From assembly GCA_963717145.1 (NCBI GenBank), contig OY970325.1:4480001-4544000 (forward strand): 64,000 nucleotides of DNA, in the 5' to 3' direction. The notes under the pieces are model-generated. The model was not told the DNA's origin, searched no databases, and worked only from the letters and a program-made list of their open reading frames with translations. This document shows, piece after piece, positions 29,290 to 40,150 of the stretch. Every line of letters begins with the position of its first letter. Within the stretch, counting starts at the first letter, position 1. This stretch comes from an uncultured Armatimonadetes bacterium (GTDB lineage Bacteria > Armatimonadota > UBA5829 > DTJY01). A program made the position numbers and the translations under genes.

Positions 29290-30924
29290 TCAGTATTGCT
29301 CTTCCTGCACCCCGCCGCCTGACTTCCGCGCAACCCAGGGGGCGGCGGCAAGAAGCCCGAGCGTCAGGGCGGCATAAAACCCGCTGACCAGCATCCACGA
29401 CAGATCCTTGGGCCACCAGAGTTTCGGCATGGTCGGGGACCACCCCTGAGCCTCCACGATGAGCGGCGTCACCGGCCAGAACGCGGCCAGTTGCCAGATC
29501 ACTCCCGATGCCCTGGAGAGCCCGAAGTTGTAGTTGGCCAGTATTATCGCATAGCCCGCGAACATCATGATGATCGCGACGACCGCGACTACCACCGCGT
29601 TTCGTCTCAGCTTGACGACTGCCGATGCGAATATGGATATCGCGGCCATTGCGGCTGCTACAGTCACGCATACTGCCCCGATCTTGTAGACGCTGAGCCA
29701 GTTCGCATGGGTCATGTGCGTATGCGTAGACCCGACCGACCAGCGGAGCGTGAGGCCGAATACCACATACTCCAGTATTGCCCACATCAGGACGAAGCAG
29801 AACGCTCCCGACATCTCGCTCTTGAACATCTTGCGGGGATCCAACAGGCCCATTATGCTCGGCTTTCCCCCCTGCGCCGGCATGCGACCGGTCGCGAAGA
29901 TCGGCGCGACATGCACGAACATGATGAACATGCTCGCGGCGGACATGGTGACCAGCGCCTGTATGCCCATGGAACCCATCGCGCCCCTGTAGGTCGCGTC
30001 GCCGAATGTGATCCACGTGGTGAAAAGCGACGATGCGATCAGCAGTATCCTCGCCGGGAGGGCCTTCTCCGCCCTCAGGTACTTCACGTGCATCGCGGCG
30101 ACGAACAGCAGAGCCGCGCCATAGAGGGAATGCTGGATCAGCGGAGGCAGGTAGATCGGAATCTTGAGACCGCAGACTGTCGCCTTCATCAATGGTCCCC
30201 ACGGCGCCCAGCCCGGGTTCATCAACGCCATTGCATTGACGGCCCCTCCTCCGTACCACATGCTCTGCAGCAGGGCCGCGCCCGATCCCAGCGTCGAGAG
30301 CAGATAACCCAGGGACGTGCCGTAGGTCAGCAGTACCGCGGCGGCCGTGCGGTTGAACAGCGACGACCAGAAGACACCCATCGCAGCGAGTACGAAGGTC
30401 CATGCGATCAGCAGCAGGTAGGTGACGAAAACCTCAGCGGGCGATATTCCGCCGAACATCAGGCAGATGCCGGAGAGCGGCAGAGAGCACATCAGCAGGA
30501 TCAGCGAGTAGAGCATCGCGCTGAGAAGCTTCCCGAGAACCACATTCCCCGGCGACAACCTGGTCAGCACCAGCATCTCGATGGTCTTCTTCTCGAGTTC
30601 CAGGGTGAGCGCACCGGATGTGAGCGATGGGATAATCAATGCCAGCAGAACGGTCTGCGTCCAGTTGAGGCTCATGAACAGCTTCTGTCCGAGCCTGGCG
30701 TTCACGAGCGACTGAGCGCCGTATCCGGTCGCAGACATGATCCACATGGTGTAGTAGGAGATCAGCAGCACGACGCCGAGGAACAGCACGTAGCCTCCCA
30801 TGACCAGGAAGCCCTTCCGTCCCCGCATCCTCGTGCGAAGCTCCTTCGCGACCACGGGGTTGTCCCGAATCCCATTGGCCCATACATCCTTAAGCTGCAT
30901 ACTCACCGTTGCTGCAATGCTCAT
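29290..30924 (-). CDS. ABC-2 type transporter permease
   Basis: NPVVAKELRTRMR, PSLTSGALTLELEKKTIEMLVLT, LGKL; multiple TMs. Confidence 0.85.
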   Translation of the reverse strand: MSIAATVSMQLKDVWANGIRDNPVVAKELRTRMRGRKGFLVMGGYVLFLGVVLLISYYTMWIMSATGYGAQSLVNARLGQKLFMSLNWTQTVLLALIIPSLTSGALTLELEKKTIEMLVLTRLSPGNVVLGKLLSAMLYSLILLMCSLPLSGICLMFGGISPAEVFVTYLLLIAWTFVLAAMGVFWSSLFNRTAAAVLLTYGTSLGYLLSTLGSGAALLQSMWYGGGAVNAMALMNPGWAPWGPLMKATVCGLKIPIYLPPLIQHSLYGAALLFVAAMHVKYLRAEKALPARILLIASSLFTTWITFGDATYRGAMGSMGIQALVTMSAASMFIMFVHVAPIFATGRMPAQGGKPSIMGLLDPRKMFKSEMSGAFCFVLMWAILEYVVFGLTLRWSVGSTHTHMTHANWLSVYKIGAVCVTVAAAMAAISIFASAVVKLRRNAVVVAVVAIIMMFAGYAIILANYNFGLSRASGVIWQLAAFWPVTPLIVEAQGWSPTMPKLWWPKDLSWMLVSGFYAALTLGLLAAAPWVARKSGGGVQEEQY

Positions 30925-30937
30925 GCTTTTCTCCTGC

Positions 30938-31969
30938 CTATGATCTTCTCAAGCGGTCGAGTCTTCGGACGGACAACCACTGACATACATATGCGTATGA
31001 TATCGATATGCCGACTGATGATAGCGCAAACCGCAAGACCTCATTGGCGTCCTTATAGCTGTCCACGATCTCGGACGCAGCTCTAAGCGGGTTGGCTATC
31101 GTGAACGCCTCCGCATCGCCTGCCGAGACGCTGGTAACCGCTGACCATATCCGGCCGGTGCCGAGCAGTACCAGTATGACCGCCATGTACGACAGGCCGA
31201 GGGGTATCACCCAGTTGGCTCGTCTGCCGATAATACGACTCATCACCCAGGACGCGACTCCAAATACTACGAAGCTCACCGGCGCTGCCTGGTAGAACAC
31301 CAGATCAGTGAAGCCCAGAAGCGCGTTCGCAGAACCTCGCATCAGGTCGCCAAGGAATACCAACGCGGCAGGTACACCAACGATCAGAACCATGGTAGTC
31401 AGGTATGCCGCAAATATGCTCGTTCGCGAATCCTTGAACACACACGAGCACAGTACTCCGAGTGCTCCGTAGGTACACGCGGCCACCAGGAGCACCCCGT
31501 ACATCTCGGCAACCTGCAAAGGCGATATCCCGCCAAGCATGAACACGACTGCCAGGACCGGGAGCGATGCCGCGAGCAGCATCACTATCTCAGCAACTGC
31601 CGCCGCCAACTTCTGCACTACAATGGCCCACGTTGGCAACAACGTTATGGCCAGCAGATCGAATGTTCGTCTATCGCGCTCGGCTGAAACAGTCATGGCA
31701 CTGTATGCCGGCACGATAAGGCACACCATCGAGACCTGCAGGAGCGACATCCACATGAAGATGTCCTCACCGAGCCGGCTGAGGTCCCCTGGCGATGGCC
31801 CTCCGGGCCAGGTCGCGAACAACGCGATCACCAGTATCGACAGCACTCCAGCGTATACCCCCATCACGATGAATGGCCGGGCCTTCCGCTGCCGGATGCG
31901 CATCTCCAGCCTGAGCACCGGGAACTCGATCTCCCTTATTCGATTGGTAAGCAGCCTAAGCTTTGCCAT
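30938..31969 (-). CDS. ABC-2 type transporter permease (paralog)
   Basis: FPVLRLEMR, PAYSAMTVSAERDRRTFDLLAIT, VQKL. Confidence 0.82.
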   Translation of the reverse strand: MAKLRLLTNRIREIEFPVLRLEMRIRQRKARPFIVMGVYAGVLSILVIALFATWPGGPSPGDLSRLGEDIFMWMSLLQVSMVCLIVPAYSAMTVSAERDRRTFDLLAITLLPTWAIVVQKLAAAVAEIVMLLAASLPVLAVVFMLGGISPLQVAEMYGVLLVAACTYGALGVLCSCVFKDSRTSIFAAYLTTMVLIVGVPAALVFLGDLMRGSANALLGFTDLVFYQAAPVSFVVFGVASWVMSRIIGRRANWVIPLGLSYMAVILVLLGTGRIWSAVTSVSAGDAEAFTIANPLRAASEIVDSYKDANEVLRFALSSVGISISYAYVCQWLSVRRLDRLRRS

Positions 31970-31982
31970 CAGCAGCCAAATG

Positions 31983-32987
31983 CTACGCGCGCCGCAAGGC
32001 CTCGAACTTCCGCACCGACAGATGCGTGAGCAGCATGGTTCCCGCGATCGAGAAGCCCAAGGTAGTGGCTACCATCTCCCATGCATGCGGCTCTCCCGTC
32101 AGCAGGCCGATAATGGCCGACAGCGGATTGACTGCGAGAGGCGCGTGCCACGGGAACAGGCTTTGATTCGGCCCCATGCGAATCACCAGGAACGCCATGA
32201 GAATCAGGGCGACCGCTGTTCCGATGATATCCGACATCCGGATGCCCTGCAGAGTCCCTCGACCGGTCATCCTCCTCACGAGGTGCACGGACACGATAAT
32301 CAGTGCAGCCGCCATGCCCATGAAGACGACGAACTCAATGGGCATCCAGCCATCGAACCAGTCGCTATGCGCAGGACCGGTGATATCCCATGCTCTGATC
32401 CAAATCCCCGCCAGATACAGGCCCACGACGCTTGTATATGCCATGAGCGTCGCAGTGCGAGCATTCCGCAGAACGCACGACCAGAACATCCCGCCCGCGG
32501 CGACGAACAACGCGGTCGCCATGAGTATGACGTAAGTCGCCACGATATCGAGCAGTGACTGCCCTCCACGGATACCGATGACCACCATAGTCGGAACGGC
32601 CGCTGTCACAACAACCACCGCCTCGGTTACCGCCGCCATCAGCTTCTGCAGGATGATGCCGGAGGACGGCAGTAGCGTCAGTGCCAACAGGTCAAACGTG
32701 TGCCTCTCACGCTCCACTGCAATCATGCCGGCGCTGCGAGCGGGTATCAGCACGCAGACAATGATGAGCAGAATGATGGACAACGCGGTAAACGCGGCAC
32801 GATTCCCATCCGGATCTCTGATATCTGCGAAAGCCGAGATGAATATCCATGCAATGAGCACTCCAACTCCGATAGACGGCGTTGAGGTGAGCAGGCCTTT
32901 GAGCTTGCGCCTCATTCGGAACTCGTGCTTCACCACCGGAAACTCTGTCTGCCGTATTCGATTGACAAGCTGCGGTATGGACGGCAT
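31983..32987 (-). CDS. ABC-2 type transporter permease (paralog)
   Basis: FPVVKHEFR, PARSAGMIAVERERHTFDLLALT, LQKL. Confidence 0.82.
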   Translation of the reverse strand: MPSIPQLVNRIRQTEFPVVKHEFRMRRKLKGLLTSTPSIGVGVLIAWIFISAFADIRDPDGNRAAFTALSIILLIIVCVLIPARSAGMIAVERERHTFDLLALTLLPSSGIILQKLMAAVTEAVVVVTAAVPTMVVIGIRGGQSLLDIVATYVILMATALFVAAGGMFWSCVLRNARTATLMAYTSVVGLYLAGIWIRAWDITGPAHSDWFDGWMPIEFVVFMGMAAALIIVSVHLVRRMTGRGTLQGIRMSDIIGTAVALILMAFLVIRMGPNQSLFPWHAPLAVNPLSAIIGLLTGEPHAWEMVATTLGFSIAGTMLLTHLSVRKFEALRRA

Positions 32988-33004
32988 ATGTCCTCCGGAG
33001 ATAC

Positions 33005-33051
33005 ACTACTCCATCACTCCACTACTCCCACACTCCCACACTCCCATACTC
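33005..33051. repeat. ACTCC(C)A tandem repeat
   Basis: actactccatcactccactactcccacactcccacactcccatactcc. Confidence 0.8.
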
Positions 33052-33054
33052 CGC

Positions 33055-33984
33055 CTACGAAACCGCTCCGCGCGTGACTTTGAGGAACACGTCCTCCAGG
33101 TCGAGGTCCGCCTCGTCGAATGAGTGCACCTTGAACCCCTGGACCGTCAGCGCCTCGAGGACCGCGTACTGCTCGCCCGGTTCGCCGACGTAAGTCGCGA
33201 GGATGTACCCATCGTCCTCCAGCTTGGCGTCGGATATGACGCTCAGGCCCGCGAGGCAGCCGAGCGCCTCCTGCCGGCGGTCGACCACCTGTATCTTCAG
33301 GCAGATGCCCGATCGGCACTGCGCCATGATCTGATTGACGTCGCCGCTGACCACGAGCTTGCCCTGCTCGATGATCGCGATCTTGTTGCAGAAATCGGCC
33401 AGTTCGGGGAGGATGTGCGACGAGATCAGGATCGTCTTGCCCATCTTCCGAAGCTCCTTCAGCAGCTCCTTGATCTCGATGCGCGCGCGCGGATCGAGCC
33501 CCGACGCCGGCTCGTCGAGCAGGAGGAGCTTCGGGTCGTGCAGGAGCGTCTTGGCGAGGCATAGTCTCTGCTGCATGCCTCTGGAAAGCTCGGCGACGAA
33601 GTTCTCCTTCTTGATCGAGAGGTCCGTCAGTTCCAGCACCTCGTCTATCACGGTGTTGCGCCTGTTCACGGGAATGCGATAGGCCGCTGCGAAGAAATCG
33701 AGGTACTCCCAGACCAGCACGTCGTCGTACATGCCGAAGAAGTCCGGCATATAGCCGATCAGCGGGCGGATCTCCTCCGGATACTGGAAGACATCGATCC
33801 CGTTCACATACGCCGTGCCGAAAGTCGGCTTGAGGAGGGTCGCCACCATGCGGATTGTGGTCGTTTTGCCGGCGCCGTTCGGGCCGATGAACCCCATGAT
33901 GTCACCCGCATCGAGCTGCAGGTTCAAGTCGTTCACCGCCGTCAGTTTGTCGTACTGCTTCGTGAGATTCTCTGTTCTGAGCAC
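33055..33984 (-). CDS. ABC transporter ATP-binding protein
   Basis: GPNGAGKTT, LSRGMQQR, LLLDEPASGLDP, ISSH. Confidence 0.95.
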   Translation of the reverse strand: MLRTENLTKQYDKLTAVNDLNLQLDAGDIMGFIGPNGAGKTTTIRMVATLLKPTFGTAYVNGIDVFQYPEEIRPLIGYMPDFFGMYDDVLVWEYLDFFAAAYRIPVNRRNTVIDEVLELTDLSIKKENFVAELSRGMQQRLCLAKTLLHDPKLLLLDEPASGLDPRARIEIKELLKELRKMGKTILISSHILPELADFCNKIAIIEQGKLVVSGDVNQIMAQCRSGICLKIQVVDRRQEALGCLAGLSVISDAKLEDDGYILATYVGEPGEQYAVLEALTVQGFKVHSFDEADLDLEDVFLKVTRGAVS

Positions 33985-33996
33985 GCCGCTGCCTCC

Positions 33997-36404
33997 CTAT
34001 TTCTGCTTTCCCATCGCGCTGATACTGACGCTGGATATCAGTACTCGAGCGTCGAGTGATTCGATCTTGAGCTTGATCTGGTTGCCTGGTTGAAGATACT
34101 GCGCCGGGTTTGGCACATCGCCGACGCCCTTGACTGTCACCCAGTTTCCGGCCAAGTTTTGCAGAGAATAGTTCACTCGCATAGCCCCGGTATGCTCAAA
34201 CTTGAACTTGTTTGAAGAGGCAAGCGACAGGGAGACCAGATCAAGCCTCCCTGGTACCGGCAACTGGTAGAGGACCATGAAGGATCCTGAGGGTTGAAGA
34301 TCGACCACCATTGTGCCGGGATTGACGTTCATTTCGGGAATCGGCTGAGCGCTCTGGGACTTGACTATCGTCGAGCTGATCGAGTTCGGTGAGAAGACCA
34401 GAACACCGCCCGTCGAGACGTCGAGCCGGATCATGATGCATGTCTGCGATATCACGTTGCCGCGACGACCGGAAAGACCGTAAGGGGCGTTCCGTTTCGC
34501 GAAGCCCACGAGAGTCGGCGCGTTCGAAGCCGACGATACCGTTCCGGCGACTCCCTGCAGATTGCTCTTGATGTTCTTCGCGTAGTTCGAGTACGGGTTC
34601 GACCTGGTGGAAGACGAGTACGGTGAACTCTTTGCGTCTACTCGGACCGTTCGGCCTCTTGGCAGACTGCCCAGTTCCTGCTGCATACCGGCGAACCGGA
34701 TCGCGCAGTCAGTCAGATCGAGGTTGGTGTTGTTCGTGACAGTCCCTTGAACGGCATTGCCGACAAGCGTCAGATTGCAGGTGAAGTTGCCGCCCATGTC
34801 CACGCCGCTGACCGACTCGATCGTCTTGGCCGACCACATCGCCATGTCTATGCCCTCGATTGCGGTCTTCTCGCCCAGATAAGCCGTCGGCATCTGCTCT
34901 TTTTCCTCTTCAGGGATGCATTGCCCGATAGCGTAAGGATCATTGATATCTACGTCGTATGAACGACGAGCCGGTGAGAAGAGCGATGCCTCGCTGATCA
35001 ACCGCGCATACCTGGCGTTCGTGCTTCCCTCGATCACCGTCGCGACCCCCATCTCGATCTTCCCGCCCTTGATGGTGTATCCGATCACGTATGCGCCGAG
35101 AGTGAAGAGCAGCACGATCGCCGGAGTGCTCACCCACGCGAGTTCCATCCGTCGCCGCTTCTTGAGGTACCAGTAGTTCACCGGCACTAGGAAGACCACG
35201 TAGGCGAGCAGGTAGAGGGCGATGATATTGAACGAAGGCGTCTTGATCGCCGGGTTCTGGTCGACGACATCCTGGAGGCTCATGGCTGATATCGAGGAGG
35301 TATAACCGCCTCGACTTCGAGGGCCGAGATTGTTTATCCATTCGAGGTTCTCGTCTACGGTTGCGCCCGGGACTGAGGTCATCAGTATGTTCTTCCAGAA
35401 TCCGACCTGCCCGTTCCAGTCCCTGAAAGGTGATGCCTTGTAGTCGAATGCCAGGAACACAACGCGTCCTGCGCCGTATCTGCGCTCGGCGTAGATCGGT
35501 ACCGCGCCCTCCCGGAGAACCTGACTGGAGATGCCCGGCTTCGGGACGCTGGTGGTGACGGCGACCGGTCCTGCGGGGAACCCGTCCTGCCGATCGAAGC
35601 GATTGCGTTCATGGCCGGCACGCTCGCCGATCCGGTGACGGTCACGGGGAGGAGATCGTTGAAGAACTCAGTCTGAAAGCTGCGGAAGTTCGGGCCGGTC
35701 GAGACGACGAGTGTGCCGCCGCCTGCCACCCACATGCTGATCGCCTTCAGGGCCTTCGGGTCCGGCGAGATGCCCCCGAAGTCAGAGACGATCATCACAT
35801 CCACGCCCTGGTAGGCCGCCGGTCGGTCGAAAAGCGTCGACGGCGAGAGCGCCGCTGCCTGAATCGTCGAATCGGTCGGTCCTGAGGACGGGGAATAGCC
35901 GGGCCCCGCCAGCATCGCCATTCTCCTGTTCATCACGAACGGAATCTTCTCTCCGGTCATGAACGACAGCTTGGACGACCTGTCGCCGAGACTCACGATC
36001 ATTCGGTCGCGGGTGCTTATGGCAACGAGATTCATCTCCCGGCTGGCGATGATCCGACTGCCGCGTACCAGTGCGACCTTCATGTTGCCGCCATACTCGG
36101 GCCTTCTGGTATACACGTAATACAGCTTCGTCGAGTTGCCCGGGAGGCTCACCTTTGCGGAACACACCGGCATCGCGCGTCGGTTCGTTGTGTCCTGCCG
36201 AACCTCGAGCACCCCTTCGACCGTCTTACCGCCGGGGTTCACGAGCTTGACGGCGATCGGCGACCACACCGCGGCTTTGACCGCGCCGTCGAAGCCGGCC
36301 AACACCTCGATGTCCACGGCATGGGCCGCGGTCGAGACAGTCGCAAGCAGGGCGAGGGTCATGGCGGCAAGCAGTAGCAGTCCGGTGGGACGATGATTCG
36401 TCAT
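33997..36404 (-). CDS. Large exported/membrane protein with GATase-like domain; 1-nt frameshift near 35581
   Basis: Signal peptide; WVAGGGTLVV; adding one G restores GFPAGPV...YGAGRVVFLAFD; YVVFLVPVNYWYLKKRRRMELAW TM motif. Confidence 0.78.
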
Positions 36405-36942
36405 TCTATGCTCCTGGCTGTTCGTGTTGGAAAGCTCTTTCTTGTTGATACTGCGAAAATGGACCCGTTGTTCCCGGCGACCTTGCGCCGCCCGGCATCC
36501 TACGCATTTTCGATCACCACGCGTTTATCTCCTCCGTGCGACGGACGGCGGAACCCGTCCCGGGCGGAAGGGCATGCCACACACACCAGTGGTTTAGACG
36601 CGCGAGAGGCCCATTTCGATGCAAAAACGCCCGGGAATCGAAAAAAACCAGGACGGACCGAGCGGTTTGTATGGCATATAGATAGCAGTGACAGCCCGAT
36701 TATCCGCTTGTCGTGCCGAATTCTCGGCTTTGCACGCACTTCTGCCTGATTTGGCCTCTTACCCTCCATTTTTCCCGCCGTCTGACGATAATATGAGAGT
36801 GGATGAGCAGATGGAGGGGCAGATCTGCTGGGTCCGTTGAGTTTCTCCTCTATGAGGTTTGAAGCTAGGCTTAGGCCTGACTACGTCACACCCCTCCCAT
36901 GCCGTTTCAGCAGCAAGCTCACCTGTCGAAGGAGGCATTCTG

Positions 36943-38061
36943 GTGTTTTTCTCTCACCTGCTATCGAAGGAGAGCGTGGTCGGCATAGATATTGGCAGCA
37001 ACTCTATCAAGGTAGTTTGCGTCGAGCCGACCAAGCAGGGGCCGCGCATATCTCATATCGCCGTCTGTCCCACTCCCGCCAACATGGTGAAGGAGGGAAT
37101 GGTGACAAGTGCGGCTGAGATTGCGGGCGCCATACAGTTCTGTATGCGATCCGCCGGCATCAAGGCATCAACTGTGGTGACAGCCATCGCCGGGCCGGGC
37201 GTGATCGTCAGGAATGTGAAAGTCCCGAAGATGAGTGAAGACGTCCTGCGCAAGTCGATACGTTTCGAAGCAGGCAAGTTCATATCATCGAACATCGAGG
37301 ACAGCATCGTCGAGTTCGACATACTCGGTGATGCGGACGAGGAAGGCCAGGTCAACATAGTTCTGGTCGCCGCGCCCCGAGTTATGGTCGAGACCAAGGT
37401 CGCCGCACTCGAGCAGGCCGGGCTGGAACCTCTCGCCGTTGATGTGGAGGCGTTCGCCCTCCTCCGGGCACTGCAGAGCCGTCCGGATTCCGGTATCCCC
37501 GCCGATGGAACCGTCGCACTGCTCGACTTGGGTGCAAGCCATACGGAGATCAACCTGATCAGCAAGGGCGATCTGGCTCTCACAAGGACCATCCCGATCG
37601 CCGGGAACAACCTCACGACCGCCATTCGGAACGCCACCGGCGTCACCGACGACGAGGCCGAAGAGATGAAGTTCGCGGTCAACCTCCAGGACCTCCTGGA
37701 GCAGACCGAGGCGGCCAGGGACAACGCGGCTCTCAGGGCGGTGCAGCCGCTCGTGGATGAACTGCTCAGGGAGATCCGCCGTTCCATCAATTACTACCAG
37801 ACTCAGCTACCCGAGGGCAGTGACGCCATGGTGGACAAGCTGATACTCACCGGCGGTACGGCCAGGATGAAAGGGCTCGTGGAGTATACCAAGAGCCGCC
37901 TGAATATCCAGGCCGTGGTCGGTTCGCCGGTGTCGCCGAGCATGTACGACTTTTCGTCCGCCCCTGAGGGCGTGAGTGAGGACGACATGCCTTTGCTCGC
38001 AGTGGGTCTCGGGCTGGCTCTCAAGGAGTTGCCGGTCGCCACGCTGGCGGCCGCCGCCTGA
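36943..38061 (+). CDS. pilM: Type IV pilus assembly protein PilM
   Basis: GGAGG RBS + GTG; VGIDIGSNSIK, LLDLGAS, LILTGG, AVGLGLAL actin-like motifs. Confidence 0.93.
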   Translation: MFFSHLLSKESVVGIDIGSNSIKVVCVEPTKQGPRISHIAVCPTPANMVKEGMVTSAAEIAGAIQFCMRSAGIKASTVVTAIAGPGVIVRNVKVPKMSEDVLRKSIRFEAGKFISSNIEDSIVEFDILGDADEEGQVNIVLVAAPRVMVETKVAALEQAGLEPLAVDVEAFALLRALQSRPDSGIPADGTVALLDLGASHTEINLISKGDLALTRTIPIAGNNLTTAIRNATGVTDDEAEEMKFAVNLQDLLEQTEAARDNAALRAVQPLVDELLREIRRSINYYQTQLPEGSDAMVDKLILTGGTARMKGLVEYTKSRLNIQAVVGSPVSPSMYDFSSAPEGVSEDDMPLLAVGLGLALKELPVATLAAAA

Positions 38062-38075
38062 TCCCACAACTATGT

Positions 38076-38142
38076 GTAGTGGCCGTGGCTCTGTCCCGGC
38101 CATGCACCCGCTGGTAGGCCGGGACAGAGCCACGGCCACTAC
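38076..38142. repeat. GTAG-type REP doublet
   Basis: gtagtggccgtggctctgtcccggcc...ggccgggacagagccacggccactac. Confidence 0.88.
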
Positions 38143-38176
38143 CAGAGATAAGGGACACGAAAGGGAAGGGACAGCT

Positions 38177-38830
38177 ATGCCTTCGATCAATATGATCGCG
38201 ACACGTCGGGCTGAGCGCCGGAATCTGGAGAGCCAGATACGCATGGCTGGGTTGATTGTGCTGTGTTTGGTGGTCATCGCCTTTGGAGTCTTGAGCTTCA
38301 TGACGGCGCGCATATTCGCGACAGACCGAGCCATAGATCAACTCGATAAGCAGCTTAGCAGTATTCAGCCGACCGTGAAGCAGATCGCCGACTATGAGGT
38401 GCAGACCAAGGAACTCCAACCTCGCCTGCAGCTTCTTGCCGATTCCAGGGAGAAGACACTCCTCTGGTACAGTGTCATGCAGGATCTGAGCCGCAGCATG
38501 CCTGCCGACACTTGGCTGACCGATGTCAGCACCATCAAGACGACTACCCAGGCGTTTCAGCCTTCTCAGCCGTCTCAGGGCACTCCGGCATCGGCCAGAC
38601 CGAAGCCGACACAGAAAGTCAGCCTGAAGCTGCGCGGCACCTCGGTCAGCCAAATGATGGTCGGCGAGACCATGCTCAGATTGAACACGTGGCCGGAGTT
38701 CGAGAGTGTAGATCTCAGTTACACTCAGCAGAGCGCCAGAGAAGACGCGAACACTGTTGAGTTCGAGATCAATGCTCCACTTCTGGACCGCAGCGCGAAA
38801 GGAGGGGTGACTACGAATGACAGCCACTAG
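38177..38830 (+). CDS. pilN: Type IV pilus protein PilN
   Basis: MPSINMI (INL-like) N-terminus, TM, coiled coil, MPADTWLT. Confidence 0.88.
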   Translation: MPSINMIATRRAERRNLESQIRMAGLIVLCLVVIAFGVLSFMTARIFATDRAIDQLDKQLSSIQPTVKQIADYEVQTKELQPRLQLLADSREKTLLWYSVMQDLSRSMPADTWLTDVSTIKTTTQAFQPSQPSQGTPASARPKPTQKVSLKLRGTSVSQMMVGETMLRLNTWPEFESVDLSYTQQSAREDANTVEFEINAPLLDRSAKGGVTTNDSH

Positions 38831-39512
38831 TATGCTCAAACGAATGCGTATCGGCCTCGCGTGCTGCGCAGTGCTGGTCCTCGTTGTTTGCGGGTTCATC
38901 TACGCCAACAGGGCCGGCAAGCTCAACGTTCTGCGGGCAGAACAGAGCCGGAAGCAGGAGCAGCTCGATAACAGCCAGAAGATCGCCGACCGACTGCCGG
39001 TCGCGCGTCAGGAGTTCGCGGACGCACAGGCGAAGCTGGGCTTCCTCGAGCAGGGTGTGTCGAGCAAGGTATACGTGCCGACATTCCTGCGCCAGATCGA
39101 AGATCTGGGCCGGAAGAACCACCTCAAGGTTATCGGTATTCGTCCCAAGCCGGCGGAAGCGAAGCCGCTGCCTGTATCCGCTGCCCAGGACGTTGACAAG
39201 GACGGCAAGAAGGTCAAGCCCAAGCCGGCGCCTCCCGAGCCGTATGACAAGCTCGATCTCGACATCGAGGTCAAGGGCAAGTACTGGGATGTCGTCCGTC
39301 TCATGTTCGACATTACCTCGTTCCCGAAGATAGTTGCGGTGAACGATATCCAGGTCAGCCCGATAGGCATACCTTGCCGCTCTGTATCGCCGTCGCTGTC
39401 CGTAAAGTTCAACGCCACGGCATTCATCCTGAAGCAGCAGCCTGGTGCTGCTGAGAAGGATGTCAAGAGCGCCAAGGTGCTGGCTGAAGCACAAAACGGA
39501 GATAAGGGATGA
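38817..39512 (+). CDS. pilO: Type IV pilus protein PilO
   Basis: TM, coiled coil, VPTFLRQI, VKGKYWDV..FPKIV; operon position. Confidence 0.85.
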   Translation: MTATSMLKRMRIGLACCAVLVLVVCGFIYANRAGKLNVLRAEQSRKQEQLDNSQKIADRLPVARQEFADAQAKLGFLEQGVSSKVYVPTFLRQIEDLGRKNHLKVIGIRPKPAEAKPLPVSAAQDVDKDGKKVKPKPAPPEPYDKLDLDIEVKGKYWDVVRLMFDITSFPKIVAVNDIQVSPIGIPCRSVSPSLSVKFNATAFILKQQPGAAEKDVKSAKVLAEAQNGDKG

Positions 39513-40150
39513 AAATCGCCGAAGATCAAAAGAAGCAACTCATCGTTCTGTGCTGCTTGATCCTCTTCGTCCTCGCTTACGCGGGCCTCAAGATTGTCGG
39601 GTCAGGCTCACACGCCCAGACGAGGCAGAGCCCGACAGCGGCGAAGGCACAGGACAAGAGCACGGAACCGGTCGCCCAGGTGGATGATCAATCGCCTGTG
39701 AAGACCGCTGTTGTCGCCCAGAGTATCACGGGCGATGCAGCGGGGCGCGACCCGTTCACCCCGCAGGTGGGCGACGCCGCATCTTCTGCCGTCAAGCCGA
39801 TGAAGATGCTGCCGCCACCCATATTCCCGGCCGGGAAACTATCGGGTCTCGGTCCGATGCCGATGCCGTTCAGCCGGGACATCAGGGTCACCACGAACAA
39901 TCCGCCCGCACAGGAGCCGGAGCCGGATCCGTCACAAACGCTCAAGCTGACGGGTATTATCCAGGGCTCCGTCAACGTCGCCATTCTGCGCGGGGCCAAC
40001 AATGTCCGATACATCGTTCGCGAGGGCCAGCTCATCGACGGGAAGTACAGAGTCGATCTGGTCACTCGGTTTGGGGTACGTGTGAGTTTCAACAACAAGA
40101 GTTATCTGTTGTCATTAGGAGGTAGTGATGCAAGCAAAGGGGCACGTTAA
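39509..40150 (+). CDS. PilP-like protein
   Basis: TM, RDPF motif, LKLTGIIQG...YIVREG; located between pilO and the secretin. Confidence 0.7.
   Translation: MKIAEDQKKQLIVLCCLILFVLAYAGLKIVGSGSHAQTRQSPTAAKAQDKSTEPVAQVDDQSPVKTAVVAQSITGDAAGRDPFTPQVGDAASSAVKPMKMLPPPIFPAGKLSGLGPMPMPFSRDIRVTTNNPPAQEPEPDPSQTLKLTGIIQGSVNVAILRGANNVRYIVREGQLIDGKYRVDLVTRFGVRVSFNNKSYLLSLGGSDASKGAR

Noticed and set aside
36405-36942. Riboswitch (c-di-GMP) or ncRNA in the divergent intergenic region
   Set aside because: No GEMM-type consensus recognised by eye on either strand; an Infernal/Rfam scan would be needed.
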